64,000 nucleotides of DNA. It comes from Squalus acanthias (taxonomy: Eukaryota). Both the position numbers and the translations under genes were made by a program. Each line of letters starts with the position of its first letter. The stretch's first letter is position 1. The notes beneath the pieces were generated by a model. It was given only the letters and a program-made list of their open reading frames with translations. It had not been told where the DNA came from and did not search any database. Positions 25,798-37,320 of the stretch are shown here, piece after piece. The stretch spans positions 94,426,001 to 94,490,000 of the forward strand of contig CM059432.1 in assembly GCA_030390025.1 (NCBI GenBank), in the 5' to 3' direction.

Positions 25798-27682
25798 CGT
25801 ACAGGGAACCCCCAGCTTCTGTCGCGACACTACAGACTTCTTACAGAAACTCAGCACCCACGGACCAGTTGAACCAGGAACACTCCTCGCCACGATGGAC
25901 GTCTCGACACTCTACACCAGTATCCCCCACGATGGCGGCATCGCTGCGACAGCCTCAGTACTCAACACCAACAACAGCCAATCTCCAGACGCCATCCTAC
26001 AACTCATCCGCTTCATCCTTGACCACAATGTCTTCACCTTCGACAACCAGTTTTTTACCCAAACACACGGAACAGCCATGGGGACCAAATTCGCACCCCA
26101 ATACGCCAACATCTTCATGCACAAGTTCAAGCAAGACTTCTTCGCTGCACAGGACCTCCAACCAACGCTATACACCAAATACATCGACGACATTTTCTTC
26201 CTATGGACCCACGGCGAAGAATCACTGAAAAGACTACACGATAACATAAACAAGTTCCATCCCACCATCAAACTCACCATGGACTACTCCTCAGAATCGG
26301 TTTCATTCTTGGACACACGAATCTCCATCAAAGACGGACACCTCAGCACTTCACTCTACCGCAAGCCCACGGACAACCTCACGATGCTCCACTTCTCCAG
26401 CTTCCACCCTAACCACGTTAAAGAAGCCATCCCCTATGGACAAGCCCTGCGAATACACAGGATCTGCTCAGACGAGGAGGAACGCGATGGACACCTACAG
26501 ACGCTGAAAGACGCCCTCGTAAGAACGGGATATGATGCTCGACTCGTCGATCGACAGTTCCGACGGGCCACAGCGAAAAATCGCATAGACCTCCTCAGAA
26601 GACAAACACGGGACACAACCAACAGAGTACCCTACGTCGTCCAGTACTTCCCCGGAGCGGAGAAATACGCCATGTTCTTCGCAGCCTTCAACATGTCATC
26701 GATGACGACGAACACCTCGCTAAGGCCATCCCCACGCCCCCACTACTCGCCTTCAAACAACTGCCTAACCTCAAACAGACCATCGTTCGCAGCAAATTAC
26801 CCAGCTTTCAGGAGAACAGCGACCACGACACCACACAACCCTGCCACGGCAACCTCTGCAAGATATGCCAGATCATTAACACAGATACCATCATCACACG
26901 TGAGGACACCACCCACCAGGTACATGGTACATACTCATGTGACTCGGCCAACGTTGTCTACCTCATACGTTGCAGGAAAGGATGCCCCGGAGCATGGTAC
27001 ATCGGCGAGACCATGCAGACACTGCGACAACGTATGAATGGACACCGCGCAACAATCGCCAGGCAGGAGTGTTCCCTCCCAGTCGGGGAACACTTCAGCA
27101 GTCAAGGACATTCAGCCTCCGATCTTCGGGTAAGCGTTCTCCAAGGCGGCCTTCGAGACACACAACGCAAAATCGTCGAGCAGAAACTGATAGCCAAGTT
27201 CCGCACCCATGAGGACGGCCTCAACCGGGATCTTGGGTTCATGTCACGCTACATGTAACCCCACCTGACGTAGAGTCATCCAGACTCGAGTCGTCGTTGG
27301 CTTGTTCTCTCTACACAGATGCGGCCGGACCTGCTGTGATTTCCAGCAAAAAAAGTTTTTGTTTTTCATACAGACCCCAGCATCTGCCACATTGTCTTTG
27401 ATGTAATGTTTTCCTGACTGTCCTGTTTGGACACCATCCACACCTTTGATTGCCGTGATTATCTCTCTGCCGAGGTGTGATAAAGGGCAGTTGGAAAGAT
27501 TAACTGTAATCATCCGGCAGTGTTCTCTGACTATATATGCTGTGACTATATGCATCTCTTCACTTCACCTGAGCAGCGCTCCGAAAGCTTGTGATTTCAA
27601 ATAAAGCTGTTGGACTATAACCTGGTGTTGTGCGACTTCTCACATTTGTCAACCCCAGTCCAACACCGGCATCTCCACATCG
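25798..27682 (+). mobile_element. Penelope-like retroelement copy 1 (RT + GIY-YIG endonuclease), 5'-truncated
   Basis: RT motifs MDVSTLYTSIPH, GTAMGTKFAPQYANIFM, KYIDDIF, FLD, YRKPTD; GIY-YIG NVVYLIRC...WYIGET...RMNGH. One-base deletion near 26665 relative to copy 2. Flanked by CACTTACAT (25789-25797 and 27683-27691). Confidence 0.93.
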
Positions 27683-27894
27683 CACTTACATAACAACAGT
27701 ACTGTACTTTATTGTACGTGAAGCAGTTTGAGGTTTTTAGCAATATGATAAAGGAGTTTATAAATTAAAATATTTATTCTTTCAAGTGACAAAGAATTGG
27801 AGGAAGTCAGTTGCACTACTGATCTTCAAGTTGAAAAACAGTAAGTTGGACTCTGTCAGAATCATCTGTTAAGATGTTGCACATGTACAAGATT

Positions 27895-28225
27895 TTTGTT
27901 AGGCCACAGTTGGAGTATTGTGCACGGTTTTGGGAACCTTAGTATAGGATGGATATCAAACCAGTTGGAAAAGGTGCAGCATAGATTCACTAGGGTGAAG
28001 GGTGAGGAGATAAAGTTATAAAGTAAGATGAAAAACTAAAGCTTTTCTCACCAGAGCTGCGAAGGCGAATGGAAGACCTGATAGAGATCTTCAAGATTAT
28101 GAAGGGTTATAATAAGGTAAATAGTGATAGATTGTTTCTTCTGCATCAGTAAAACAGTAACAAGAAGGTAAATAATTAAAATCACAAAAACAATTAAAAG
28201 AGGTTAGAAAAAATGTTTTAAGAAG
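27895..28225 (+). mobile_element. Degenerate CR1 3' fragment
   Basis: RPQLEYCARFW and DLIEIFKIMKG-like sequence. Confidence 0.6.
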
Positions 28226-28281
28226 TTCTTGCGCAAGGTTAACATCATCTTGTTCTTGTATTCTATGCTATTCTCTATACA

Positions 28282-29570
28282 GCTTCCACCCTAACCATGT
28301 TAAAGAAGCCATCCCCTATGGACAAGCCCTGCGAATACACAGGATCTGCTCAGACGAGGAGGAACGCGATGGACACCTACGGACGCTGAAAAACGCCCTC
28401 GTAAGAACGGGATATGACGCTCGACTCATCGATCGACAGTTCCGACGGGCCACAGCGAAAAATCGCATAGACCTCCTCAGAAGGCAAACACGGGACACAA
28501 CCAACAGGGTACCCTACGTCGTCCAGTACTTCCCCGGAGCGGAGAAACTACGCCATGTTCTTCGCAGCCTTCAACATGTCATCGATGACGACAAACACCT
28601 CGCTAAGGCCATCCCCACGCCTCCACTACTTGCCTTCAAACAGCCGCCTAACCTCAGAAGTACCATCGTTCGCAGCAAATTACCCAGCTTTCAGGATAAC
28701 AGCGACCACGACACCACACAACCCTGCCATGGCAAACTCTGCAAGACATGCCAGATCATCAACACAGATACCACCATCACACGTGAGGACACTACCCACC
28801 AGGTACATGGTACATACTCATGTGACTCGGCCAACGTTGTCTACCTCATACGTTGCAGGAAAGAATGCACCGCGGCATGGTACATCGGCGAGACCATGCA
28901 GACACTGAGACAACGTATGAACGAGCACTGCGCAACAATCGCCAGGCAGGATTGTTACCTCCCAGTCGGGGAACACTTCAGCAGTCAAGGACATTCAGCC
29001 TCGGATCTGCGGGTAAGCGTTCTCCAAGGCAACCTTAGAAACACACGACAACGCAAAATCATCGAGCAGAAACTGATAGCCAAGTTCCGCACTCATGAAG
29101 ACGGTCTCAATCGGGATCTTGGGTTTATGTCACGATACATGACGTGATCCGGACTCGAGTCGTCGTTAGCTTGTTCACAGATGTGATTCCCAGTAAAAAA
29201 GTAAAAATTTTCCCAGTAAAAAAGTAAAAATTTTAAAGCTTTTCGTTTTACATACAGACGGCAGCTTTTGACACGTTAGAACCCCTGCGACTACACCTCA
29301 TTGTCTCAGTTGTATCTTGCTATGTCTTTGATGTGGTACCTTCCTGGCTGACTTAATTAACTTTATCACACCTCGGCAGATAGTCAGGATGATTTAATTT
29401 AGTGGTCTGCAATTGTAAGGTACACATGCTTTGTTTTCTATCTATATATGCTTTGGCGATTCTGTATCTAATTTACTTCACCTGAGGAAGGAGCAATCGA
29501 TAGCTCCGAAAGCTTGTGATTTCAAATAAAACTGTTGGACTATAACCTGGTGTTGTGCGACCTCTCAATT
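28282..29570 (+). mobile_element. Penelope-like retroelement copy 2 (RT C-terminus + GIY-YIG + 3' repeat)
   Basis: Highly similar to 26399-27258. 11-bp TSD TTCTCTATACA (28271-28281 and 29571-29581). Confidence 0.92.
29478..29519 (+). ncRNA. Minimal type I hammerhead ribozyme motif in the Penelope 3' repeat
   Basis: tcac-CTGAGGA-aGGAGC(aatcgata)GCTCC-GAAA-gc-TT-gtga: CUGANGA and GAAA core, stem II, palindromic loop-less stem III, stem I tcac/gtga. Confidence 0.75.
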
Positions 29571-29599
29571 TTCTCTATACAAAACAGAGGATTCTGTTT

Positions 29600-30460
29600 T
29601 CCTTTTTATGACCTTGTATATTTAGAGTTCCCCCTTTAATGACTTGTGTATCTGCACACTAAGTTCCCTTTACTCCTCTAGTCCATTAAAAATCTTACCA
29701 TTTAAGGTGTACTTATTTTTCTCACTCTTACATCCAAAATGTATTACTTCTCATTTTTCTATATTAAACTGCATCTACCACCTATGTATACACAGAGGAT
29801 AGTTAGAATGTGGAATTCTCTGCCATAAATGAGTCATAGAATCATAGAAATTTACAGAACAGAAGGCGGCCATTTGGCCCATCGTGTTTGTGCCGGTCGA
29901 AAAAGAGCTATCCAGCCTAATCCCACTTTCCAGCTCTTGGTCCGTAGCCCTGTAGGTTTCGGCACTTCAAGTGCCTATCCAAGTACTTTTTAAATGCGAT
30001 GAGGGTTTCTGCCTTTACCACCCTTTCAGGCAAGTGAGTTCCAGAACCCCACCACCCACTGGGTGAAAAAAGTTCTCCTTAACTCCCCTCTAATCCTTCT
30101 ACATAGAAACATAGAAGATAGGAGCAGGAGTAGGCCATTCGGCCCCTCGAGCCTGCTCCGCCATTCAATGCGATCATGGCTGATTATTTTTAATTACTTT
30201 AAATCTATGCTCCCTGGTTATTGACCTCTCTGCTAAGGGAAATAGGTCCTTCCTATCCTTTCTATCTAGGCCCCGCATAATCCAGTCCATAAGTACTTTT
30301 AAATGAAATTTAATACTTGCTTGAACGAGAGGAATATTAAAGGTAATGGGGAGCAAGCAGGAGAGTGGAATTAGAATAAGTGACACCTGCTGAGATAAAC
30401 ACTGGCTCAGACCTGATGGACCAAAAAGTCTGTATCATTGCTGTAACATTCTATGAATCA
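29600..30460. mobile_element. Cluster of nested CR1 fragments
   Basis: A minus-strand CR1 3' end (~29835-30285, matching 52543-52890) lies inside an older + strand CR1 tail. It is itself interrupted by another CR1 3' tail at ~30102-30190. Confidence 0.7.
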
Positions 30461-31405
30461 ATGGTCCAAAACAATGAAAGAGTTTGAAGTCTTCGCATTT
30501 TTTCAGTAACTTTTCAACATGATTCTGTAATGAAAAAACTTACGTGACAAATGAACCTCGTGAAACCATTATAAGCAATGAATCATTTCGTGGTACAACA
30601 AATAGGAAACTGAAGTTATGTCTCAATTTGTTTGATGTCCAAGCCAGCATAAAGGAGATCAAAAAAAGCATTCTTCTGAATTAATCAAACTGGCTCACTT
30701 TGAATTATTTGAGGCCTACTGCCGCTTCCTGCGGCCTACAGTGGCAGATCAGAGACTAAAGGGAATCCACACATATAAACAACTTCAACCAACCAGATTT
30801 GACTTAATTAGATTTATGTTTGAGACAATTTGCTTGTGGATTTACATTTTATGATTCAGAAATTAATCATTTCTTTTTAACAATGCACCTAACAAGTCCA
30901 ATTTAAATTTTCAATAATATACAGGGCTTAACTTTTTCTACGCACTCTAGCCAGATGATGCTAAAGAGGAATATTTGCCTACAATGTTCCTAGAGATGTA
31001 TATTATGTCTTCCCTGCAGCTCTGAAGCTAAGTCAAAAGGACCAGGATTGTCCTCGCAGCAGCAGTGTTCTGCCTGTCCCTCTGATATCACCAGAACCCT
31101 AACCCAGTTTCTTCAGTTGGGGTTCATCAACTATGCATAGCAGGATCCCAGCTAGATTCTTGCTGCCAAGAGGGAGTCCTGTATTGCCTGGCTACAAAAT
31201 CTTGGTGGTGCTACAGAGGAACCAATGCTTCAGTACTAGAAGAGGTGGCTGGGCAGCTAAAGGGGCAGAAGTGCCCTGTAGATCAGAAGATCAGCTGCCT
31301 TAGACGGAGGCATATACCAGAAAGTAAGTGGGAGCTAGAATTGAGGGAGACAAGGCTGCTGCAAGACCCACGGGGGACCTCAAGGCTCCTACATCAGCTT
31401 CCTGG

Positions 31406-32497
31406 ATAGAGGATTGGTTAACGGACAGAAAACAGAGCGTAGGAATAAACAGGTCATTTTCGGGTTGGCAGGATGTAACTAGTGGGGTACCGCAAGGATC
31501 AGTGCTTAGGCCTCAGCTATTCACAATCTACATCAATGATTTGGATGAGGGGACCAAATGTAATATATCCAGGTTTGCTGATGATACAAAGCTGGGTGGG
31601 AATGTAAGTTGTGAGGAGGATGCAAGGAGGCTTCAAGGGGATATAAACAGGCTAAGTGAGTGGGCAAGAACATGGCAAATGGAATATAATGCGAAGAAAT
31701 GTGAAGTTATCCACTTTGGTAGGAAAAATAGAAAAACAGAGTATTTTTTAAATGGTGAGAGATTGGGAAATGTTGGTGTTCAGAGGAACCTGGGTGTCCT
31801 TGTACACGAATCACTGAAAGTTAACATGCAGGTAAAGCAAGCAATTAGGAAAGCAAATGGTATGTTGGGCTTTATTACAAGAGGATTTGAGTATAAGAGT
31901 AAAGACGTCTTACTGCAATTATATAGGGACCTGGTGAGACCACACCTGGAGTATTGTGTACAGTTTTGGTCTCCTTACCTAAGGAAGGATATACATGCCA
32001 TAGAGGAGTGCAACGAAGGTTCACCAGACTGGTTCCTGGGATGGGGGGATTGTCCTATGAGGAGAGATTGAGTAGACTAGGCCGATATTCTCTAGAGTTT
32101 AGAAGAATGAGAGGTGATCTCATTGAAACATACAAAATTCTTACAGGGCTTGACAGGGTAGATGCAGGGAGGATGTTTCCCCTGGCTAGGGAGTCTAGAA
32201 CCAGGGGCACAGTCTCAGAATAAGGGGTTGGCCATTTAGGACTGAGGAGAAATTTCTTCACTCAGAGGGTGGTGAATCTTTGGAATTCTCTACCCAAGAA
32301 GGCTGTGGAGTCTCAGTCGTTGAGTATATTCAAGACAGAGATCGATAGATTTTTGAATATTAAGGGAATCAAGGGATATGGGGATAGTGCAGGAAAGTGA
32401 AGATGAGGAAGATGATCAGCCATGATCTTATTGAATGGCGGAGCAGGCTCGAAGGACCAAATGGCCTACTCCTGCTCCTATTTCTTATGTTCTTATG
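31406..32497 (+). mobile_element. 5'-truncated CR1 LINE
   Basis: RT motifs [28 protein letters not shown]; (ttcttatg)n tail; TTCCTGG at both junctions (31399-31405 and 32498-32504). Confidence 0.92.
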
Positions 32498-33764
32498 TTC
32501 CTGGGACCTACTGTCATCTTCCCCAAGGTGGCCCTCCAGGGAGAGAAATCCTTGGGGGGCCCAGGCCCTGCCTCCCCCACTTTCAGTTACTTGGGCTGAA
32601 CAGGGACAGAGAAACCAGCAGCTCTAAAGGAAGGGAAATAGAGTTTGGCTGGTGAGGCAGCAGTAGGCCTCACTGCTTGAATCTTCCTTGATCTTCCACA
32701 TGAGCCATCTGTTTCTGGGTGGGATCATGAAGAAAATCACGGCCAAGAACTCTTAGCTATCATAGCAGCAGTGGCTTCCACATGCCTATTCCAGCCCTAT
32801 AATGTCATATACAAAGATAAAGACTTAAAGGTTCCTTGGGTGTGCAATCCCAATAGTTTTGCCAGGATCGCACCTGCTGAAGTTAGCAGGGTCAAAGGAA
32901 GGGGCCACAAGGAGCAAGCTTTTAGTGGATTGGGGAGGGGAATGTGGGTTGTGTCTGCAGTGCGGCCTCCCCACCCCCTCCCCCACCCCAACAATGTTGG
33001 AATTGGCACTCCTGGAAAGGGAAAAAGGGGAAGAGTTTGTGTAAGGGTGCCACTTGTAGTATTTATTAAAAATAATTTTCTTCTCTGATCTTCAGGTAGG
33101 CCGTAATTCTACCGGGTGTTGGGGAGCTTTTCCTGGTGAGGCCAATGCTATGCCGGGTCCCTGTTCCTTTCCCTGTCCATGCTTCCATTTCTTTGATGGC
33201 TTTGTAGGGCAGGATGGGTTACTGTAAAAAGGGATATGAAGTGTGGTAGGGGTAGCCTTCGAGGTGTCACTGCAGCCAGTGGGCAGTGAACGGATTTGCA
33301 GCTAGTGGCTGGGCTGGGTTGGTACAAGAAATGCAGCCACCCCCCTCTCCTTCCTTGTGACCTAAGCTCCCTCCCAGCTGTGCCCCAAATCCAGCCCATT
33401 GCTTGCTTTCAGCCCTAGGCCCAAGTGCTAGGTATGGCCTTCCAGCCTGCACCATGTTTCTCGGTCACCTGTGTACTGGTAGAAACTGTGGCTCCAGACC
33501 CAACATGACAGCTAAAGCAACATGATTCAGTGTTGGGCAGAGGAAACAAGGAAAGTTTCTGAGAGTCATAGAGAAAGCGGGAGACAGAAAGAGTGCAACA
33601 CGGAGAGAGATGCAGCGAGAATTATGTGGGACACAAACAGATATACAATTACACATCAAAAGACACACAATGTTAAAAAAAAGTACATAAACACGACCAA
33701 GGAAGATCAACTGGCATTTAAAAAGGTTAAAGATAGAGTGACCTGGGCCTCTGAAAATGTAGCA

Positions 33765-33882
33765 CCTACTCAGTACACCACTGGAATGTCAGCCTAAATT
33801 ATGTGCTCAGGTCCTGAAATGGCATTAGAACACACAACCTTTTGACTCAAAGGTGGATGCTACCACTGTGCCAAATTGATAC
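33765..33882 (-). mobile_element. tRNA-headed SINE 5' fragment
   Basis: Reverse complement resembles the SINE head at 25193-25310. Confidence 0.5.
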
Positions 33883-36489
33883 AGAAGACACAGCGTCTAT
33901 TTTAAATATCCATATATCACTTAGAGTAGTTAATCCACTTGGCTTCTAAACCCAAACACCAATACAAGCAAACCTTCCCAAAATGTCTATTTCCTGCACC
34001 CATTCAATTTTCTCCCCTCACCCTTTCTCCCTGAAAACTACACCCCACATTGGGGTATGGTTCCAAAGATGCCTACAGTCCTCTGGTACATTGCACAAGT
34101 GATCCTTCTTTTTGTCTAAGTCAAGACAATGAATGCCAGAAAGCTAGTCCACTGTGGACGGCATCAGCTTAACTTGTCCTCACCCAATCCCAAAGGGTCT
34201 GCTTCGGCAGAGTGCATAACAAAATTAAAATTGGACCTGAAAGCAAATTCTAATCACAGAGCATTTACCAACATTCCTAAAACATGTCTTGACTTTTTAA
34301 AATATATATATTTTAGATATAAAGGTAAACAGTGGAGGCACAAAACAAAATAAATATGTGCATATAATATAATGTTTATCACAAGGCATCAAACATAGTT
34401 ATGTTAAGTCATAATCTAGGTACATCAGGTAAAAAGTGTATAATAGTTGGATTGTTAAACTATGGTAGTCTCTTGTGGTCTTCACAGTGCTATGTAGTAA
34501 GCAGTGTAACCTCAGATTTATGTTAATGATAAGCACTGCTGGAATGTAGCAATGAGTCAGTTCTATTTGGATATGTACCACAGAAAGTAGGTCACTTATG
34601 TCTTGTACCTATGTGCTATGATGAAGTGCCTTTTCAACAGTTCCAGTTTATTTTATGCTCTTTATGTTAAAGTTATTTGGGTTGAGGTGGAGATTATATT
34701 TCAATTTTTAGAAGTGTATGATATCCTATTGAATTTTATGCCAGAAGAATTTGGAAGCAACCAGGTTTTTTCTCAAAAGAAAATGAAATGGGTTAGGCAG
34801 CATGGTGGCAGTGCACTTCAGTGCCATGATCTCTTGTCACAAAATGGTAGGTTACGTTACAGATTTGATTCTCCCCATTCCATTGAGCTCCTGCGATTTA
34901 GGGACCATTTCTACTGATCAAACAACAGCAGCGCTGGGTAGTCCTGGAAGCATGGTCATTTGTCTTGCAGATGGTGTTTGGACAAGGAGGACAGTGAGGC
35001 AAGAAATTTATGGAAAGGAAAATGGAAACATGCTCTTTTAAGAGGAAACAGTTTGCTTACTAATGACTTTAGCTCATTGTTTCCTCTGAAAAACACTTTT
35101 ACCACTTCAAAAAATTTGAGGTAGCAAATTTGTGCAACTGATTATTACCATCATTTGAATGAATCCACCAATTATGCAAAGGAATTGTAAACTCTGATAT
35201 AATTTGAGGAACAATATGAGGCAGCAAATAAGCATGTTTAAAAAAATCCTGGTATCTAATTGATTGGTTATAACGTCACAACAGCCTTGAAATTGCTATT
35301 GGTGTGTTATTCAGGGGTAAACTGTGGGTTACTAAAGGATTTTGGGAGTAATAAAGTCTGTTGGTAACTTCATGATTTTGGTGTTTTCCATCTTTGGACT
35401 AACTTGTGGGGACTGGATGAGTAATTTTCCGACTTAACAGCCAGCGAATGGAAAGAGAAAAGCACTAATCCTGTAAATCAGAGGTGAACTGCAAATAGGA
35501 GGCAATTCAGCACCTGAAATTGCATTGGAAAGGTAAAACCAGATGTTTATTCAGTAAAATTACTGTAGAATTGGGTGTTCCAGAGTGAGGAAAGACAGGT
35601 TGACAGGCCAGACATTGCAAGCTCTACTGCAAGACATCAGAGAAACACGACACACAATTTATGGGACTGATACGCCTCCCCAAAGAGCCTGCTATGTCAG
35701 GCATGGCTGAAAGCAGGCTGCATCAATTGACCGTCACAGTCCCAAATGTGGCTGACACCCAGTTTCCCAATTTTCCCAATGGAGGCGGGTTTTGGTTTGG
35801 TTGGGTTCCAAACTCGCCTCCACTGAGAGGTGGGAAAAAATTGCGATTTTCCCCTAATTGGCCAGTTGATTTCAGAGGTGTGGGTTCCCCTGGGCCAATT
35901 AGTGTTTTGGAACTGAAACTCGCCTCTGCTGAGGTCACTTATCCAGCTTCATTTAAGGGCTGCTTGCTGCCTTGGCTCATTCCACTGGATTTTGTTCGAT
36001 GGTGCACCACCTCCAACATTTTTTCAGCTTCAACAATGGCCAACTCCAAGGCAAGGGCCTCCCCAAGGTTCTCAGATGAGGCGCTGGGAATGTTGAGGGG
36101 GTGAGAGCCAGCAGGGAGGTGCTCTTCCCCTCATCTGGGAGGAAGAGGCCTCCCAAAGAAACCAAGGCTGTCTGGGTACAGCTGGCAAGGGAGATCACCT
36201 CCAGATCGGTGTGCAGCAGAACATGGATGCAGAGCCGTAAAAGGTTCAATGACCTTGTAAGATCAGGCAAAGTGAGTATACCTTCAGCTTAACCCTCCTT
36301 CTGCTCCCCTTCTCCTCTCACCACCAGCACTCTGCATTGTCAACCTCCTCCTCCACATCCCACTTTACCCTTACAATCCTTGCACCCTTCACCATCCCTC
36401 TCACTCTATGAACCCAATCACTTGACTATTCAACTGTGCTGCCCTCACACTCCCTTTCAATGTTATGCAATGACAACGACTAACTCTAT

Positions 36490-37175
36490 GGGCTGGATTT
36501 TCATTGCCCCGTGGAGGTGGGTTTGGAGGCGTGTGGGGGGTTAAAATAGCGAAAACTGGTGGGCGGGCACAAGCCCGTCTCCATCCCGCCTCCACGCAAT
36601 TTTCATTAAATCGTGTCTGCTGGTCCCGACTCCGTCCCGCCTCTAAGAGGCGGGATAGGCTGTTAAGGCCCTTAACAAGCACTAAATTGCCTCTATAATG
36701 CCATTTTGAAAGGCCTTTGTGATTTTAACCCTTTTTCTACGTGAAGCACGCCTGTTCTGAACCACGAATGTGAAACTTGGCGGGAGCACATTTGGCTGGC
36801 TGGCTGTGGGGATGCATATATGGATGGCTATGTGGATGCATATATGGATGGCTATGTGAAGGAGACATATCTGGGAGTGGTGGTGTAAAAATATCTGGGA
36901 GCAGACTTAGGACTGCTGCTGCTCATTTTGCAGGTCCTCTCACAGCAAAGGCCAGGCAGTCTTTGAAGACCTTCAATGCAGCAGCAATGATGACATCATC
37001 AGAGGCGACTTTCAGACTGAAAACATTAATTGGTTCATGGGTTCCCACATGCTGCAACTCAATTGCCCAATTAGGTGAAAATTGCATCAATCTCCCACAT
37101 CCAATTGCAGTCAGGTGGATAACACGAAAAGTGGATGACACGACCCCAACCCGCCCCAGTATCAAAATCCAGCCC
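36490..37175. mobile_element. Harbinger-type MITE in intron 1 of the Harbinger B Myb gene
   Basis: Perfect 12-bp TIR GGGCTGGATTTT / AAAATCCAGCCC, 3-bp TSD TAT (36487-36489 and 37176-37178). Internal 24-bp tandem duplication near 36809-36857. Confidence 0.9.
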
Positions 37176-37185
37176 TATGTTTCTA

Positions 37186-37320
37186 TTAAGGCTAAAGGGA
37201 TCAAGGGATATGGGGAGAAAGCAGGGACAGGGTACTGAATTTGGATGATCAGCCATGATCTCATTAAATGGCGGCGCAGGCTTGAGGGGCCTAATGGCCT
37301 ACTCCTGCTCCTATCTTCTA
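37186..37320 (+). mobile_element. Short CR1 3' tail
   Basis: Matches the CR1 3' UTR at 60466-60590. Confidence 0.8.

Larger units (their letters stand above)
25193..27770 (+). mobile_element. tRNA-headed SINE (DeuSINE/SacSINE1-like) split by two later insertions
   Basis: Head with A/B-box-like ggctctggtgatagc...gttcaag at 25200-25255. Body resumes at 25638 and 27683, each time after a TSD. Family name is from recall. Confidence 0.6.

Noticed and set aside
25589-27037. 482-aa ORF as a novel RT fusion protein
   Set aside because: The first ~70 codons run through a LINE tail and a SINE, and the last ~125 are out of frame after a 1-nt deletion. It is a chance read-through into a truncated Penelope.
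29189-29234. 23-bp tandem duplication cccagtaaaaaagtaaaaatttt
   Set aside because: Simple local slippage in a Penelope 3' region with no sign of function.
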